A DNA stretch of 64,000 nt from an uncultured Chromatiales bacterium (GTDB lineage Bacteria; Pseudomonadota; Gammaproteobacteria; Steroidobacterales; Woeseiaceae), in contig CBFGSB010000001.1 of NCBI GenBank assembly GCA_965651325.1, positions 1,138 to 65,137 of the forward strand, read 5' to 3'. Below are positions 20,389 through 29,062 of the stretch, in pieces; the first letter of the stretch is position 1, and each line of letters opens with the position of its first letter. A program made the position numbers and the translations under genes. The notes below the pieces were generated by a model, which saw only the letters and a program-made list of their open reading frames with translations, was not told where the DNA came from and ran no database searches.

Positions 20389-21930
20389 ATGGGCACGGCG
20401 CTGCAAATTCGGGTTCTCGGCACCTTCGCCGTAATCCGCGACGGCCAGGCGGTGTCCCTGCCGCCCTCGCGCAAGACGCGCGCGCTGCTTGCTTATCTCG
20501 CGATGGTCGAGCGGCCGTTGAACCGGGAGCACCTGTGCGAGATGTTCTGGGACGTTCCGGACGATCCGCGCGGCTCGCTGCGGTGGAGCCTCTCCAAGCT
20601 GCGCCAGGTCGTCAACAGCGACGGGCACGAGCGGCTCACGGCAGACCGGAACTTCATCGAGCTTCGCCTCGGCAAGGATGCGAGCGTCGACTGGCACGCG
20701 CTGAAGTCGCTCGCGGCGGCCGATCTCGATGCCCTCTCCCCGGACGAGATCGAAATCCGGGCGGGGCAACTCGACGGCTTGCTGGAGGACCTGTCGCTGC
20801 CCCGGTGTCCCCTGTTCGAGGCATGGCGAATCGCACTCGCAAACGAATGCGATGTATTGCGATGCCGCATCCTGCGCGCGGCCGTCGACCGCCTTCGTGC
20901 GGAGCCGGCCCGGGCGCTGCCGTTCGCAAGAGCGCTGTGCGCGCTCAACCCGGACGACCGCGCGCTCACGAGGGAGCTGGAAACCCTCGCGCAGGCCGCC
21001 CGCGGGCAGGCGGTCCAGCCCGGCACGTTGCCGCCACCCGTGCCGCCGCCGTCCACGGCACCGGGCGAGACCGCGGAGGCCGCTACCGCCCTCCAGGAGA
21101 TCCGCTTTTGCACGACCACCGACAACGTCCGGATCGCTTATGCCGTAACGGGGCAAGGCTATCCGATCGTCAAGGCGGCCAACTGGATGTCCCACCTGCA
21201 CTACGACCGTGAGAGCCCGGTGTGGCGCCACTGGGTCGACGGGCTGTCACGGCATAACCGCTTGATCCGGTATGACGAGCGCGGGAATGGCCTGTCCGAC
21301 TGGGCGGTTGACGACCTGTCCGCGGACGCCATGCTCGCCGACCTCGAGGCGATCGTCGCCGCGTCCGGCATCGAGCGTTTCGCCTTGCTCGGCATTTCGC
21401 AAGGCTGCGCCATCACCGTGATGTACGCGGTCCGGCACCCGGAGCGGGTCAGCCACCTGGTGCTCTACGGCGGCTATGTGCGCGGCTGGCGTGCCCGCGG
21501 CGATCCGGCGGAGATAGCCAGGCGCAGTGCAATGGGCGTACTCATCCGTCGAGGCTGGGGCCAGAACAACCCGGCGTTTCGCCAGATGTTCGCGAGCTTG
21601 TTCATTCCCGGTGCGACCCAGGAGCACATGCACTGGTTCAACGAGCTGCAGCTCAAATCGGTTTCGCCGGACAATGCGGCCCGGCTGCACAACGCTTTCG
21701 GCAACATCGACGTCGCGGGACTGCTCGAGCAGGTCAGCACGCCGACACTGGTCCTGCACGCCAGGGACGATGCCGTGGTTCCGTTCGAGCAGGGGCTGGA
21801 GTTTGCCAGCGGCATTCCCAACGCCCGCTTCGTTCCCCTGGACAGCGGCAACCACATCCTGCTGGAGAACGAACCCGCCTTCGCCCGGTTCCTGCGCGAG
21901 GTGCACGATTTTATCGATAGGCGCCAATGA
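20389..21930 (+). CDS. Winged-helix (SARP/BTAD-like) DNA-binding domain fused to an alpha/beta-hydrolase domain
   Basis: N-terminus IRVLGTFAVIRDGQAVSLPPSRKTRALLAYL...DDPRGSLRWSLSKLRQVV. Pro-rich linker. Hydrolase part has nucleophile elbow LLGISQGC, acid HARDDAVVP and His DSGNHILLENEP. Confidence 0.8.
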   Translation: MGTALQIRVLGTFAVIRDGQAVSLPPSRKTRALLAYLAMVERPLNREHLCEMFWDVPDDPRGSLRWSLSKLRQVVNSDGHERLTADRNFIELRLGKDASVDWHALKSLAAADLDALSPDEIEIRAGQLDGLLEDLSLPRCPLFEAWRIALANECDVLRCRILRAAVDRLRAEPARALPFARALCALNPDDRALTRELETLAQAARGQAVQPGTLPPPVPPPSTAPGETAEAATALQEIRFCTTTDNVRIAYAVTGQGYPIVKAANWMSHLHYDRESPVWRHWVDGLSRHNRLIRYDERGNGLSDWAVDDLSADAMLADLEAIVAASGIERFALLGISQGCAITVMYAVRHPERVSHLVLYGGYVRGWRARGDPAEIARRSAMGVLIRRGWGQNNPAFRQMFASLFIPGATQEHMHWFNELQLKSVSPDNAARLHNAFGNIDVAGLLEQVSTPTLVLHARDDAVVPFEQGLEFASGIPNARFVPLDSGNHILLENEPAFARFLREVHDFIDRRQ

Positions 21931-22071
21931 GATAGCGGCCACGCCCGAACCGGCTGGAGCGCGGGATCGGCGCCCGCGCAAATACCACGCTCGCTGCCAC
22001 GCTCAATCCCACGTAGCTCCCCGATCGTTGCTCTGCCCGCGAGTTGCCGGGTTTTTGGAAGGAGTAGACGA

Positions 22072-22632
22072 ATGGCTACACAGCAAGTAACGGTCGACAA
22101 CGGCATCGACGTGGCGGCGCTGCTCGGCGCGCGCGAGGCGCTGACGGAAGCCCCGGAAGGCGCGAAATTCACCTGGCGCGCGTCCTGCGACTGGATCAAC
22201 GGCACGCACAGCGCAACGACGGTGAAGGGGTTCTTCGGCCTCGGCGAGGAGCAGAGCCACCGCACCGAGTTCCGCTTCGACAGCGATCATCCGGAGCTCT
22301 TCGCTTCCGAAGACAACGGCGCGACGCCCGTCGAGATCGTGCTGGCCGGACTGGCGGGCTGCCTGACGGCGGGCATCGCCGCCGTGGCACAGAACCGGAA
22401 CATCCAGCTCCGCTCCGTCAAGGCAACCCTCGAGGCCGGCATGGACCTGCAGGGCATCCTCGGCATCGACAGCGACGTACGCAACGGTTTTGACGGCATC
22501 AAGGTGCACTACGAGATCGATGCGGATGCAACGAAGGAAGACATCGCGGCGCTGGTCGCGCAGTCGCAGAAGCGCTCCGCGGTATTCGACGTCATCACCA
22601 ACCCGACCGACGTGACGGTGACCGTGGCGTGA
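22072..22632 (+). CDS. OsmC/Ohr-family peroxiredoxin-like protein
   Basis: GATPVEIVLAGLAGCLTAGIAAVA and QKRSAVFDVITNPTDVTV are typical OsmC-family blocks. SD GGAAGGAG upstream. Confidence 0.8.
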   Translation: MATQQVTVDNGIDVAALLGAREALTEAPEGAKFTWRASCDWINGTHSATTVKGFFGLGEEQSHRTEFRFDSDHPELFASEDNGATPVEIVLAGLAGCLTAGIAAVAQNRNIQLRSVKATLEAGMDLQGILGIDSDVRNGFDGIKVHYEIDADATKEDIAALVAQSQKRSAVFDVITNPTDVTVTVA

Positions 22633-23924
22633 TGCACGGGCTCGAACGCGCGGGGCAGGCGGACTCCGGGGCCGTTGACGTCGTTGTCATCGGCGCCGGT
22701 CATTCCGGGCTTGCCATGAGCCGCAATCTCGCCGCGCGTTCGATCGATCACGTGGTGCTGGAGCGCGGCCAGGTCGCCAATAGCTGGCGCCGCGAGCGCT
22801 GGGACTCGCTCAGGCTGCTGACGCCGAACTGGCTTGCGCGCCTGCCGGGTCATGCCTGGTCCGGGGGCGATCCGGACGGCTACATGACGATGAGTGACGT
22901 GGTGCGGTTCGTCACGCGCTATGCAGCGGCGATCGATGCGCCTGTTCGCACGCGCACGACTGTTCTTTCGGTGCAGCTCGCCGGCGACACCTACCGCGTC
23001 GTTACCGACCGCGGCACCTGGCGGAGCCGTGCGGTTGTGCTGGCGAGCGGCGCCTGCAACCTGCCGTCGGTGCCCGCCGCCGGCGCGGCGGTTCCGGGGA
23101 CGATCGCGCAGGTTACGTCGCACGGTTACCGGAATCCGCAGCAGCTCGAGCCCGGTGGAGTGCTGGTCGTCGGCGCGTCCGCAACCGGCGTGCAACTCGC
23201 AGCCGAGATGCGGGACGCGGGGCACGAGGTAACCCTCGCCGTGGGTGAGCACGTGCGCATGCCGCGCACTTATCGCGGCCGCGACATCCAGGCGTGGATG
23301 GACATTGCCGGCATCTGGGACCAGGGCCCCGACGACGTGGACGACGTCGAGCGGGCCCGCCGCCTGCCGTCGCCACAACTGGTCGGCTCCCGGAAAGAAC
23401 GGTTTATGGATCTCAGTTTCCTGAGCGCGCAGGGGGTACGGCTGGTCGGCCGGCTGGCGGCTATGCGCGACGGGAAAGCGCTTTTTTCCGGCTCGCTGCG
23501 CAACGTGTGCGCACTGGCCGATCTCAAGATGAACCGCCTGCTCGGGACGATCGACGAGTGGGTGGCGGCGCAAGGTGCCGGGGCGGAGGCGGTCGAGCGG
23601 TTCGAACCGACGCGGCTGCCGGAGCGACCCGAACTGGAGCTGGACCTTCGGAGCGGCGCCATCCGCACGATCGTATGGGCGACGGGCTATCGGCCGGACT
23701 ACTCGTGGCTGCGCGTTCCGGTGCTCGACCGCCGCGGACGCATCCGGCATGACGGCGGCGTCACGCCGGCACCCGGCCTGTACGTGCTCGGCCTGCCATT
23801 CCTGCGGCGCCGCAAATCGAGCTTCATCCACGGCGCGGGCGACGATGCGCGCGACCTCGCCGCGCACCTCGGCGGCTACCTCGACAGCACCTGCCGCCGC
23901 GGGTCCGTGAAGCTGGCCGGCTGA
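22629..23924 (+). CDS. FAD/NAD(P)-binding oxidoreductase (flavin-monooxygenase/CzcO-like)
   Basis: Two dinucleotide-binding motifs: VVVIGAGHSGLA and VLVVGASATGVQLA. WDSLRLLTPNW block present. Start (GTG 22629 or ATG 22632) overlaps the OsmC stop. Confidence 0.8.
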   Translation: MMHGLERAGQADSGAVDVVVIGAGHSGLAMSRNLAARSIDHVVLERGQVANSWRRERWDSLRLLTPNWLARLPGHAWSGGDPDGYMTMSDVVRFVTRYAAAIDAPVRTRTTVLSVQLAGDTYRVVTDRGTWRSRAVVLASGACNLPSVPAAGAAVPGTIAQVTSHGYRNPQQLEPGGVLVVGASATGVQLAAEMRDAGHEVTLAVGEHVRMPRTYRGRDIQAWMDIAGIWDQGPDDVDDVERARRLPSPQLVGSRKERFMDLSFLSAQGVRLVGRLAAMRDGKALFSGSLRNVCALADLKMNRLLGTIDEWVAAQGAGAEAVERFEPTRLPERPELELDLRSGAIRTIVWATGYRPDYSWLRVPVLDRRGRIRHDGGVTPAPGLYVLGLPFLRRRKSSFIHGAGDDARDLAAHLGGYLDSTCRRGSVKLAG

Positions 23925-24472
23925 TGGACGATGCCTCGCCACGCGCAAGGGTCGACGTGTTCGTCGAGTGGCCGGGACGACTGCGGCCCGGCGACACGCG
24001 ATCGGTCGCCGAGGTCGAGGCCGCCGCGTGTTTCGAGCTTCGCCAGGCGAAATGGCTCGACAGTACCGTGGCGGAAGCCGAGGGCAGGAAGCTCTGCCAC
24101 TACCGCGCGCCGGACGCCGAATCCGTGCGCCAGTCTTTTCGGCAGGGCGGCGTGGACGTCGACGCGGTGTGGAGCGGCACGGTTCGGGACACCGACGACC
24201 CGCTCGGCGCGAATGTCGTCGTGGAACGATGGTTCGAGGCGCCGCTGGATTTCGGGGATGCCGTCGCGATTGTGGGCACGAGGGAACTGCTCCCGCGCGG
24301 GTACCGGCTGCTCCGGGCCATCCAGCCCTGCGGCCGCGAACGCATCCTGTGCCTGTGCGAGGCACCCGTCCCGCCGGCACTGCCGCGGGAACGTATCGGT
24401 GAGGGGCTGCTTATCTGGTCATGCCGGATGCGGCAGCGGCAGCCGCCTGCGGCGCAGGATAAGCATTTATGA
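23924..24472 (+). CDS. Second double DUF4242-like protein
   Basis: KLCHYRAPDAESVRQSFRQGGVDVDAVWSG, then a second half NVVVERWFEAPLDF...RILCLCEAP, parallel to the 19848 gene (NVLVARAFEAPVAL...MMCVYRAP). ATG overlaps the flavoprotein stop (TGATG). The 3' end overlaps the convergent sulfotransferase gene by 62 nt, so the true C-terminus is uncertain. Confidence 0.5.
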   Translation: MDDASPRARVDVFVEWPGRLRPGDTRSVAEVEAAACFELRQAKWLDSTVAEAEGRKLCHYRAPDAESVRQSFRQGGVDVDAVWSGTVRDTDDPLGANVVVERWFEAPLDFGDAVAIVGTRELLPRGYRLLRAIQPCGRERILCLCEAPVPPALPRERIGEGLLIWSCRMRQRQPPAAQDKHL

Positions 24473-26429
24473 GGTCGGCCAGGCGGTCGAACAGCGGCGA
24501 CAGCCACGGCTCGTAGTGGCGCCACTGGTCGAGTCCGCTCGCGTAGATCGGGCGGCGGACCTGCTCGGAGCTCGGTGTACGCACCGAGCGTTCCGTCCGG
24601 TGAAATTCCAGGCATTGGGCTTCGAACGGCAGGCCGAGGAACTCGAGAATGCGGCGCACCTGCCCCTCGAGATCGGCGACGACGTGCTCGTAATGCACGC
24701 GCAGGATGCGCCCCGGCAGCGCGCGGTCCCAGTGGTCCATGAGCTCGACATAGCCGCGGTAGTAACCGGCCATCTCGTCCAGGTCGTAGGTGAACTCCTG
24801 GCCGTCCGCGAAGAGCTGCTTGTAGTTGCTGAAGCAGCACGCCATCGGATGCCGGCGCGCGTCGATGATCTTCGCATTCGGCAGCATCAGGTGAATGAGC
24901 CCGACATGCATGAAGTTATTCGGCATCTTGTCGATGAAGCGCGGCGCATCGCCGCGCAGGAAGCGGGTATCCTCGATATACGCTTTGCCGAACTTCGCCA
25001 ACTGTTCCGGCTCGAGCTCTCGCAGGATACCGGGATAGCGCGCCTGCTCGGCAACCATCCCCCGCCCGTTGAGGCGGTTCGAGAGCGCGATGACGTTGGG
25101 CAGCTCCGTCGTGCCGTCGACCTGGGAATGTGACGCGAGGATCTGCTCGAGCAGCGTCGAGCCGGAACGCGGCAGGCCCACGATGAGTATGGGATCGGCG
25201 TCCGGCGCGCCCGCGCCTTTGAGGCGGCGTAAGAGCTCCGGCGTGCAGACCTCCGCCTGCGCGCGCATCGCGGCTGCCGCCCGTTCGGGGTCGTAGCGCA
25301 AGTCCTGGCGGCGCAGCCGGTTGCCCTGGGCGTAGCGCTCGAAAGAGCGCGCAAACTCACCCCTGTCCTCCCACGCCTTGCCCAGCGCGAAGTTCATCTG
25401 GAAGCGGTCGACGAGCGCGGTGCGGCCGTCATCCACGTACCGCTCCATCGCCGCGATTTCCTCGTCGGTAAAGCGGTAGGTCTTGAGATTCGCGAGGCTC
25501 CAGAACGCGTCGCCGAAGTCCGCACGAACGCGCCAGGCGTTCCGGTAAGAAGTGACCGCTTCGTCGGGACGGCCGATGGTTTTCAGTACGTGCCCGCGCG
25601 CGAGGTGCGCTTGCTCAAGGTCGCCGTGCCGTACGATCACCCGGTCGTACACCTCGAGGGCGGCGTCGAAGCGGCCGACCGCCACGCATTCGTTGGCGTA
25701 GCTCAACTCGAAGGCCGGGTTGCCGGGAAAGCGTTCCCGCAGCACTTCGGCCTGCTCCGCCGCCTGCTCGAACTTCTGGCGCTTGTGCAGGATCTCGACG
25801 TAGTCGCGGCGGCACAGCCAGTTGTCCGGCTCGAATTCCACGCCGCTTTCGAGCAGGAACTCCGCGTCGTCGTAGATGAAGAGCTTCATCCCGATACGCG
25901 CGAGCAGGCGCATTGCCTCGACATGGTGGGGCTGCCGGCGCAGGAAGTCGCGGCACAGGTTCTCCGCCTCGAACAGCTTGCCTTCCTGGACCATACTGGT
26001 AACGCTGACGAGCTCCGGCGGGAGTTCCGCCAGGCGCCGGTACTCGGCTTTCGCCGCGGCTTGCAGGTCGCGCCGGGTTTCCAGGGAGGCCAGCTCGCGC
26101 CACGCGGCGATCAGGCCCCGATTCAGTTGGACGGCACGCCGGTAAGCGGAAACCGCGCCCCCGCTATCGCCCAGCGATTTTCGCAGGTGCCCTTCTTCCT
26201 GCCAGGCACGCGCGAAGCGCGGCGCCGCCTCCTGCAGCCGCGCGACCGTTGCAAGCGCGTGGTCCGTGCGGCCGAGATAGCGTTCCGCGACGCCTTTTAT
26301 ATAGAGCGCTTCGGGATTCGAAGAGCCGGCGGCATTGGCCTCCGCCAGCGCCTCTTCCAATTTACCGGCTTGCAGGAGTCGCCGGGCCGCGGCCAGCGGG
26401 TCAGTCGTGCCGGGTTGCGCGATCGTCAA
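24411..26429 (-). CDS. TPR-repeat-containing sulfotransferase family protein
   Basis: N-terminal half is TPR-like (AEANAAGSSNPEALYIKGVAERYLGR...). C-terminal half carries the PAPS 5'-phosphosulfate loop IVGLPRSGSTLLEQIL and the RRHPMACCFSNYKQLF block. TTG start with SD GAGGGG, 15 nt after the receptor stop. Confidence 0.85.
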   Translation of the reverse strand: MTIAQPGTTDPLAAARRLLQAGKLEEALAEANAAGSSNPEALYIKGVAERYLGRTDHALATVARLQEAAPRFARAWQEEGHLRKSLGDSGGAVSAYRRAVQLNRGLIAAWRELASLETRRDLQAAAKAEYRRLAELPPELVSVTSMVQEGKLFEAENLCRDFLRRQPHHVEAMRLLARIGMKLFIYDDAEFLLESGVEFEPDNWLCRRDYVEILHKRQKFEQAAEQAEVLRERFPGNPAFELSYANECVAVGRFDAALEVYDRVIVRHGDLEQAHLARGHVLKTIGRPDEAVTSYRNAWRVRADFGDAFWSLANLKTYRFTDEEIAAMERYVDDGRTALVDRFQMNFALGKAWEDRGEFARSFERYAQGNRLRRQDLRYDPERAAAAMRAQAEVCTPELLRRLKGAGAPDADPILIVGLPRSGSTLLEQILASHSQVDGTTELPNVIALSNRLNGRGMVAEQARYPGILRELEPEQLAKFGKAYIEDTRFLRGDAPRFIDKMPNNFMHVGLIHLMLPNAKIIDARRHPMACCFSNYKQLFADGQEFTYDLDEMAGYYRGYVELMDHWDRALPGRILRVHYEHVVADLEGQVRRILEFLGLPFEAQCLEFHRTERSVRTPSSEQVRRPIYASGLDQWRHYEPWLSPLFDRLADLINAYPAPQAAAAAASGMTR

Positions 26430-26444
26430 TGCCCCTCACGACCA

Positions 26445-28823
26445 TCATTCGTAATCCCACGACACCCGCAGGCCGAAGGTGCGCGGCCGGTTCGTGGTGA
26501 TCCTGAGATCGGTGTCCAGCGAGTTGATGAAAAGCTCCGCGCGCTCGTCCGTGAGATTCTCCGCGAAAAGCTCCACGGTCAGGTTGTCCGTCTGTACGCC
26601 GAAAGCGGCGTCCAACGTGTTGTACGAGTCCTGCAGGAAGCGGTTGGCTTGGACGATCGAGCTGTACTGCTCGTCGGTATAGGCGTAGACGAGTTGCGCG
26701 TAGGGATCCCAGTCTCCCATCGTCCATTGGTAGCGGCCGCTCAAGTTGAACTGCAGCTCGGGCGCCAGCGCGAGCTGGGAACCCTCGGGAGCGAGGTCCG
26801 TCACGCTCGGTGGCACCCGTACCATTTCCGTGTCGTTGTACGACCAGGCGCCACGCAGCGTGAAGTTGTCCGTCGCCGCCCACAGGATATCGCCCTCGAA
26901 ACCGAGAATCTCGGCGTCGGCGGCATTCGATGTGAACGTGAGCACGGAGATGAGGAAGTCGGTAATGCCCACCTGCAGGCCGTCCCACTCTATGAAGTAG
27001 ACCGAGCCGTTGAACCGCAACCGGTCGTCCAGCCACGTGGTCTTCCAACCAATCTCATAGTTCTTGACCTCGTCGCTGACATAGGTCTGCGGGACATCTT
27101 CTTCATCGAGGCGATTGAAGCCTCCGGGCCGATAGCCTTCGGAGTATGTGCCGAAGAACAGGGAGTCTTCGCTCAGGCGATAAGTCAGGCTCGCCTTCAC
27201 GATGACGTCGTCTTCCTTGAGTGGCAGTTCTTCCGCGAAGAGAGCGTCGAAGTTGTTGCCGTTGTCGGTGTCCACGTCGCCGAGCGTCGCGAAACTGGAG
27301 GACCCCACCAGCGCCGTTTCGAGATCGTAGTAGCGTGCGCCCACGGTTGCCGACCATTCATCGTTGAAGTGCCAGGTCGCCTCGCCGAATGCGGCGAACT
27401 GCTCCTCCGTGCGAATCGCATCGTTCATGAACGTGATTCCCGGCAAACGGGGATTGGGATTGAAGTGGGTTGCCGTGGAAATCGGCGCATTCCGTGCGAA
27501 GAAGCCGGTCGAGCCGGCGACATAGAAATTGGTGTCGACCCCGGTTTCGATGTCATCGAAGTAAATGCCGGCGACGAAGTCCAGTCCTTCCTCATCGAAA
27601 GACGAGATGCGGAACTCGTGGGTGGTCCGGTCGTTCTCGATGAATGCGATCATTCCCTGGGTGGGATCGCCGCAGAGCGTGTAGGTAGGCTGGCAGATGT
27701 AGTAGTAGCCGTACTTGCCAACCTCCGTATAGCCGCTGTAATCGAAGCTGTTGTTCACCTCGCGATCGAGATAGGAGCCGGCGTAGATCACGTCCAGGTT
27801 CGCGATGCGACCTTCCACCGTCAGCGAGTACTGCCGGAAATCGTCCTCGAGCCGGTCGGGGAAAAACCGCTGCACCTGCAGGTCGCCCACGACCCGTATG
27901 CCGGACTGCGGGTCAGTCGGGTCTTCGAACTCGGCGACGCGCGCGGGAGCGTGGTCGAACACCCCGTCCACCTGCAGCTTCTGCTGCATGAACTGGCCCG
28001 TCACCTCCCAATCGTCGTTGACGGCATATTTGGCGCTCAAGCGTCCGCCGGTGTACGTGGCATCGTTGAAGTCTTCCTCGACGAATGCCAGGTTGTTGAC
28101 CACGACGGATTCCGCTCCCTCGGGAAAGCCGACGTGTTCCGCCGTGTAGGAGTTCTCCCCGAACACGTTGTCGATGTACCCGCCCTCGAACGCGTTGTAG
28201 AACACCGCGCGCAAGGCGAGCTTGTCTTCCAGCACCGGGATATTGACGTAACCCTCGACGCTGTTGCTCAGCTCGCCTTTGTGCGTGTCGGCGACACTCG
28301 CGTCGAAGCCCGCCTGGAATTCTCCGTAGACAGGCTTGTTCGTGATGAGGCGGATGGTGCCGGCCTGCGAGCTCGCACCGAACAGCGTGCCCTGCGGCCC
28401 GGGCAGCACCTCGATGCGCGCGATGTCGGCAGCATAGAGGTCCAGGTTGCGACCGCCGGAGCTGACAGGCTGCTCGTCCAGGTACAAGGCGACGTTGGGC
28501 ACGGGCGCGCCGATCTCGACTGAGGTCTGGTCCGACGAATCGGTGGCCATGCCGCGAATGAAGATGAAGGACTGTCCGGGACCCCGGCCGGCGGCGTTGA
28601 CGTTGGGAAGGTAACGAACGTAATCATCGAAGTTCCCGATGTTCAGGTCCTCCAGGCGCTGCTGGTCCAGGGCCTGCACGGCGATCGGCACGTCCTGCAG
28701 GCTCGCCTCGCGCTTGGTCGCCGTGACGATGATTTCATCGAGCTCGGCGGCGGTCGCCAGGCCGACCGACCCCGTGGAAAGCGCGACCATTACGGCCTGG
28801 CTCAAGGCTTTTCTGCGGAACAT
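26445..28823 (-). CDS. TonB-dependent receptor
   Basis: Signal peptide MFRRKALSQAVMVALSTGSVGLATA. Plug motifs LDEIIVTATKREASLQDVPIAV. Long beta-barrel. Start set at ATG 28823 (SD GGGGGAG) rather than the longer track ORF. Confidence 0.9.
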   Translation of the reverse strand: MFRRKALSQAVMVALSTGSVGLATAAELDEIIVTATKREASLQDVPIAVQALDQQRLEDLNIGNFDDYVRYLPNVNAAGRGPGQSFIFIRGMATDSSDQTSVEIGAPVPNVALYLDEQPVSSGGRNLDLYAADIARIEVLPGPQGTLFGASSQAGTIRLITNKPVYGEFQAGFDASVADTHKGELSNSVEGYVNIPVLEDKLALRAVFYNAFEGGYIDNVFGENSYTAEHVGFPEGAESVVVNNLAFVEEDFNDATYTGGRLSAKYAVNDDWEVTGQFMQQKLQVDGVFDHAPARVAEFEDPTDPQSGIRVVGDLQVQRFFPDRLEDDFRQYSLTVEGRIANLDVIYAGSYLDREVNNSFDYSGYTEVGKYGYYYICQPTYTLCGDPTQGMIAFIENDRTTHEFRISSFDEEGLDFVAGIYFDDIETGVDTNFYVAGSTGFFARNAPISTATHFNPNPRLPGITFMNDAIRTEEQFAAFGEATWHFNDEWSATVGARYYDLETALVGSSSFATLGDVDTDNGNNFDALFAEELPLKEDDVIVKASLTYRLSEDSLFFGTYSEGYRPGGFNRLDEEDVPQTYVSDEVKNYEIGWKTTWLDDRLRFNGSVYFIEWDGLQVGITDFLISVLTFTSNAADAEILGFEGDILWAATDNFTLRGAWSYNDTEMVRVPPSVTDLAPEGSQLALAPELQFNLSGRYQWTMGDWDPYAQLVYAYTDEQYSSIVQANRFLQDSYNTLDAAFGVQTDNLTVELFAENLTDERAELFINSLDTDLRITTNRPRTFGLRVSWDYE

Positions 28824-29062
28824 CGTCTGGTCTCCCCCTGACAATTGGTGCCGGTGCAGCGGCTTGCAGTATAAACCCAAGGCGCGGCAAGGGAAGAGGC
28901 CAAACGCTTCTGAGCCGCGGCCCTGCTCGCAAGCGCGGGACCGGCCATCTATAATCCCGGTACACAGTGAAATACAGAGGCTTCGTCAGGGGGGCAGTCC
29001 GAGAATAGTCAGAAGAGCGGCCTGGGGGCACACACGGCCTTTGTTCGAGGAGAACAACGAAC

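Noticed and set aside
24411-24472. 62-nt convergent overlap between the second DUF4242 gene and the sulfotransferase gene as a deliberate antisense regulatory overlap
   Set aside because: The more likely explanation is that the last 20 or so codons of the DUF4242 ORF (…IWSCRMRQRQPPAAQDKHL) are simply the run-on to the first stop in high-GC sequence. Nothing in the sequence supports a regulatory role.
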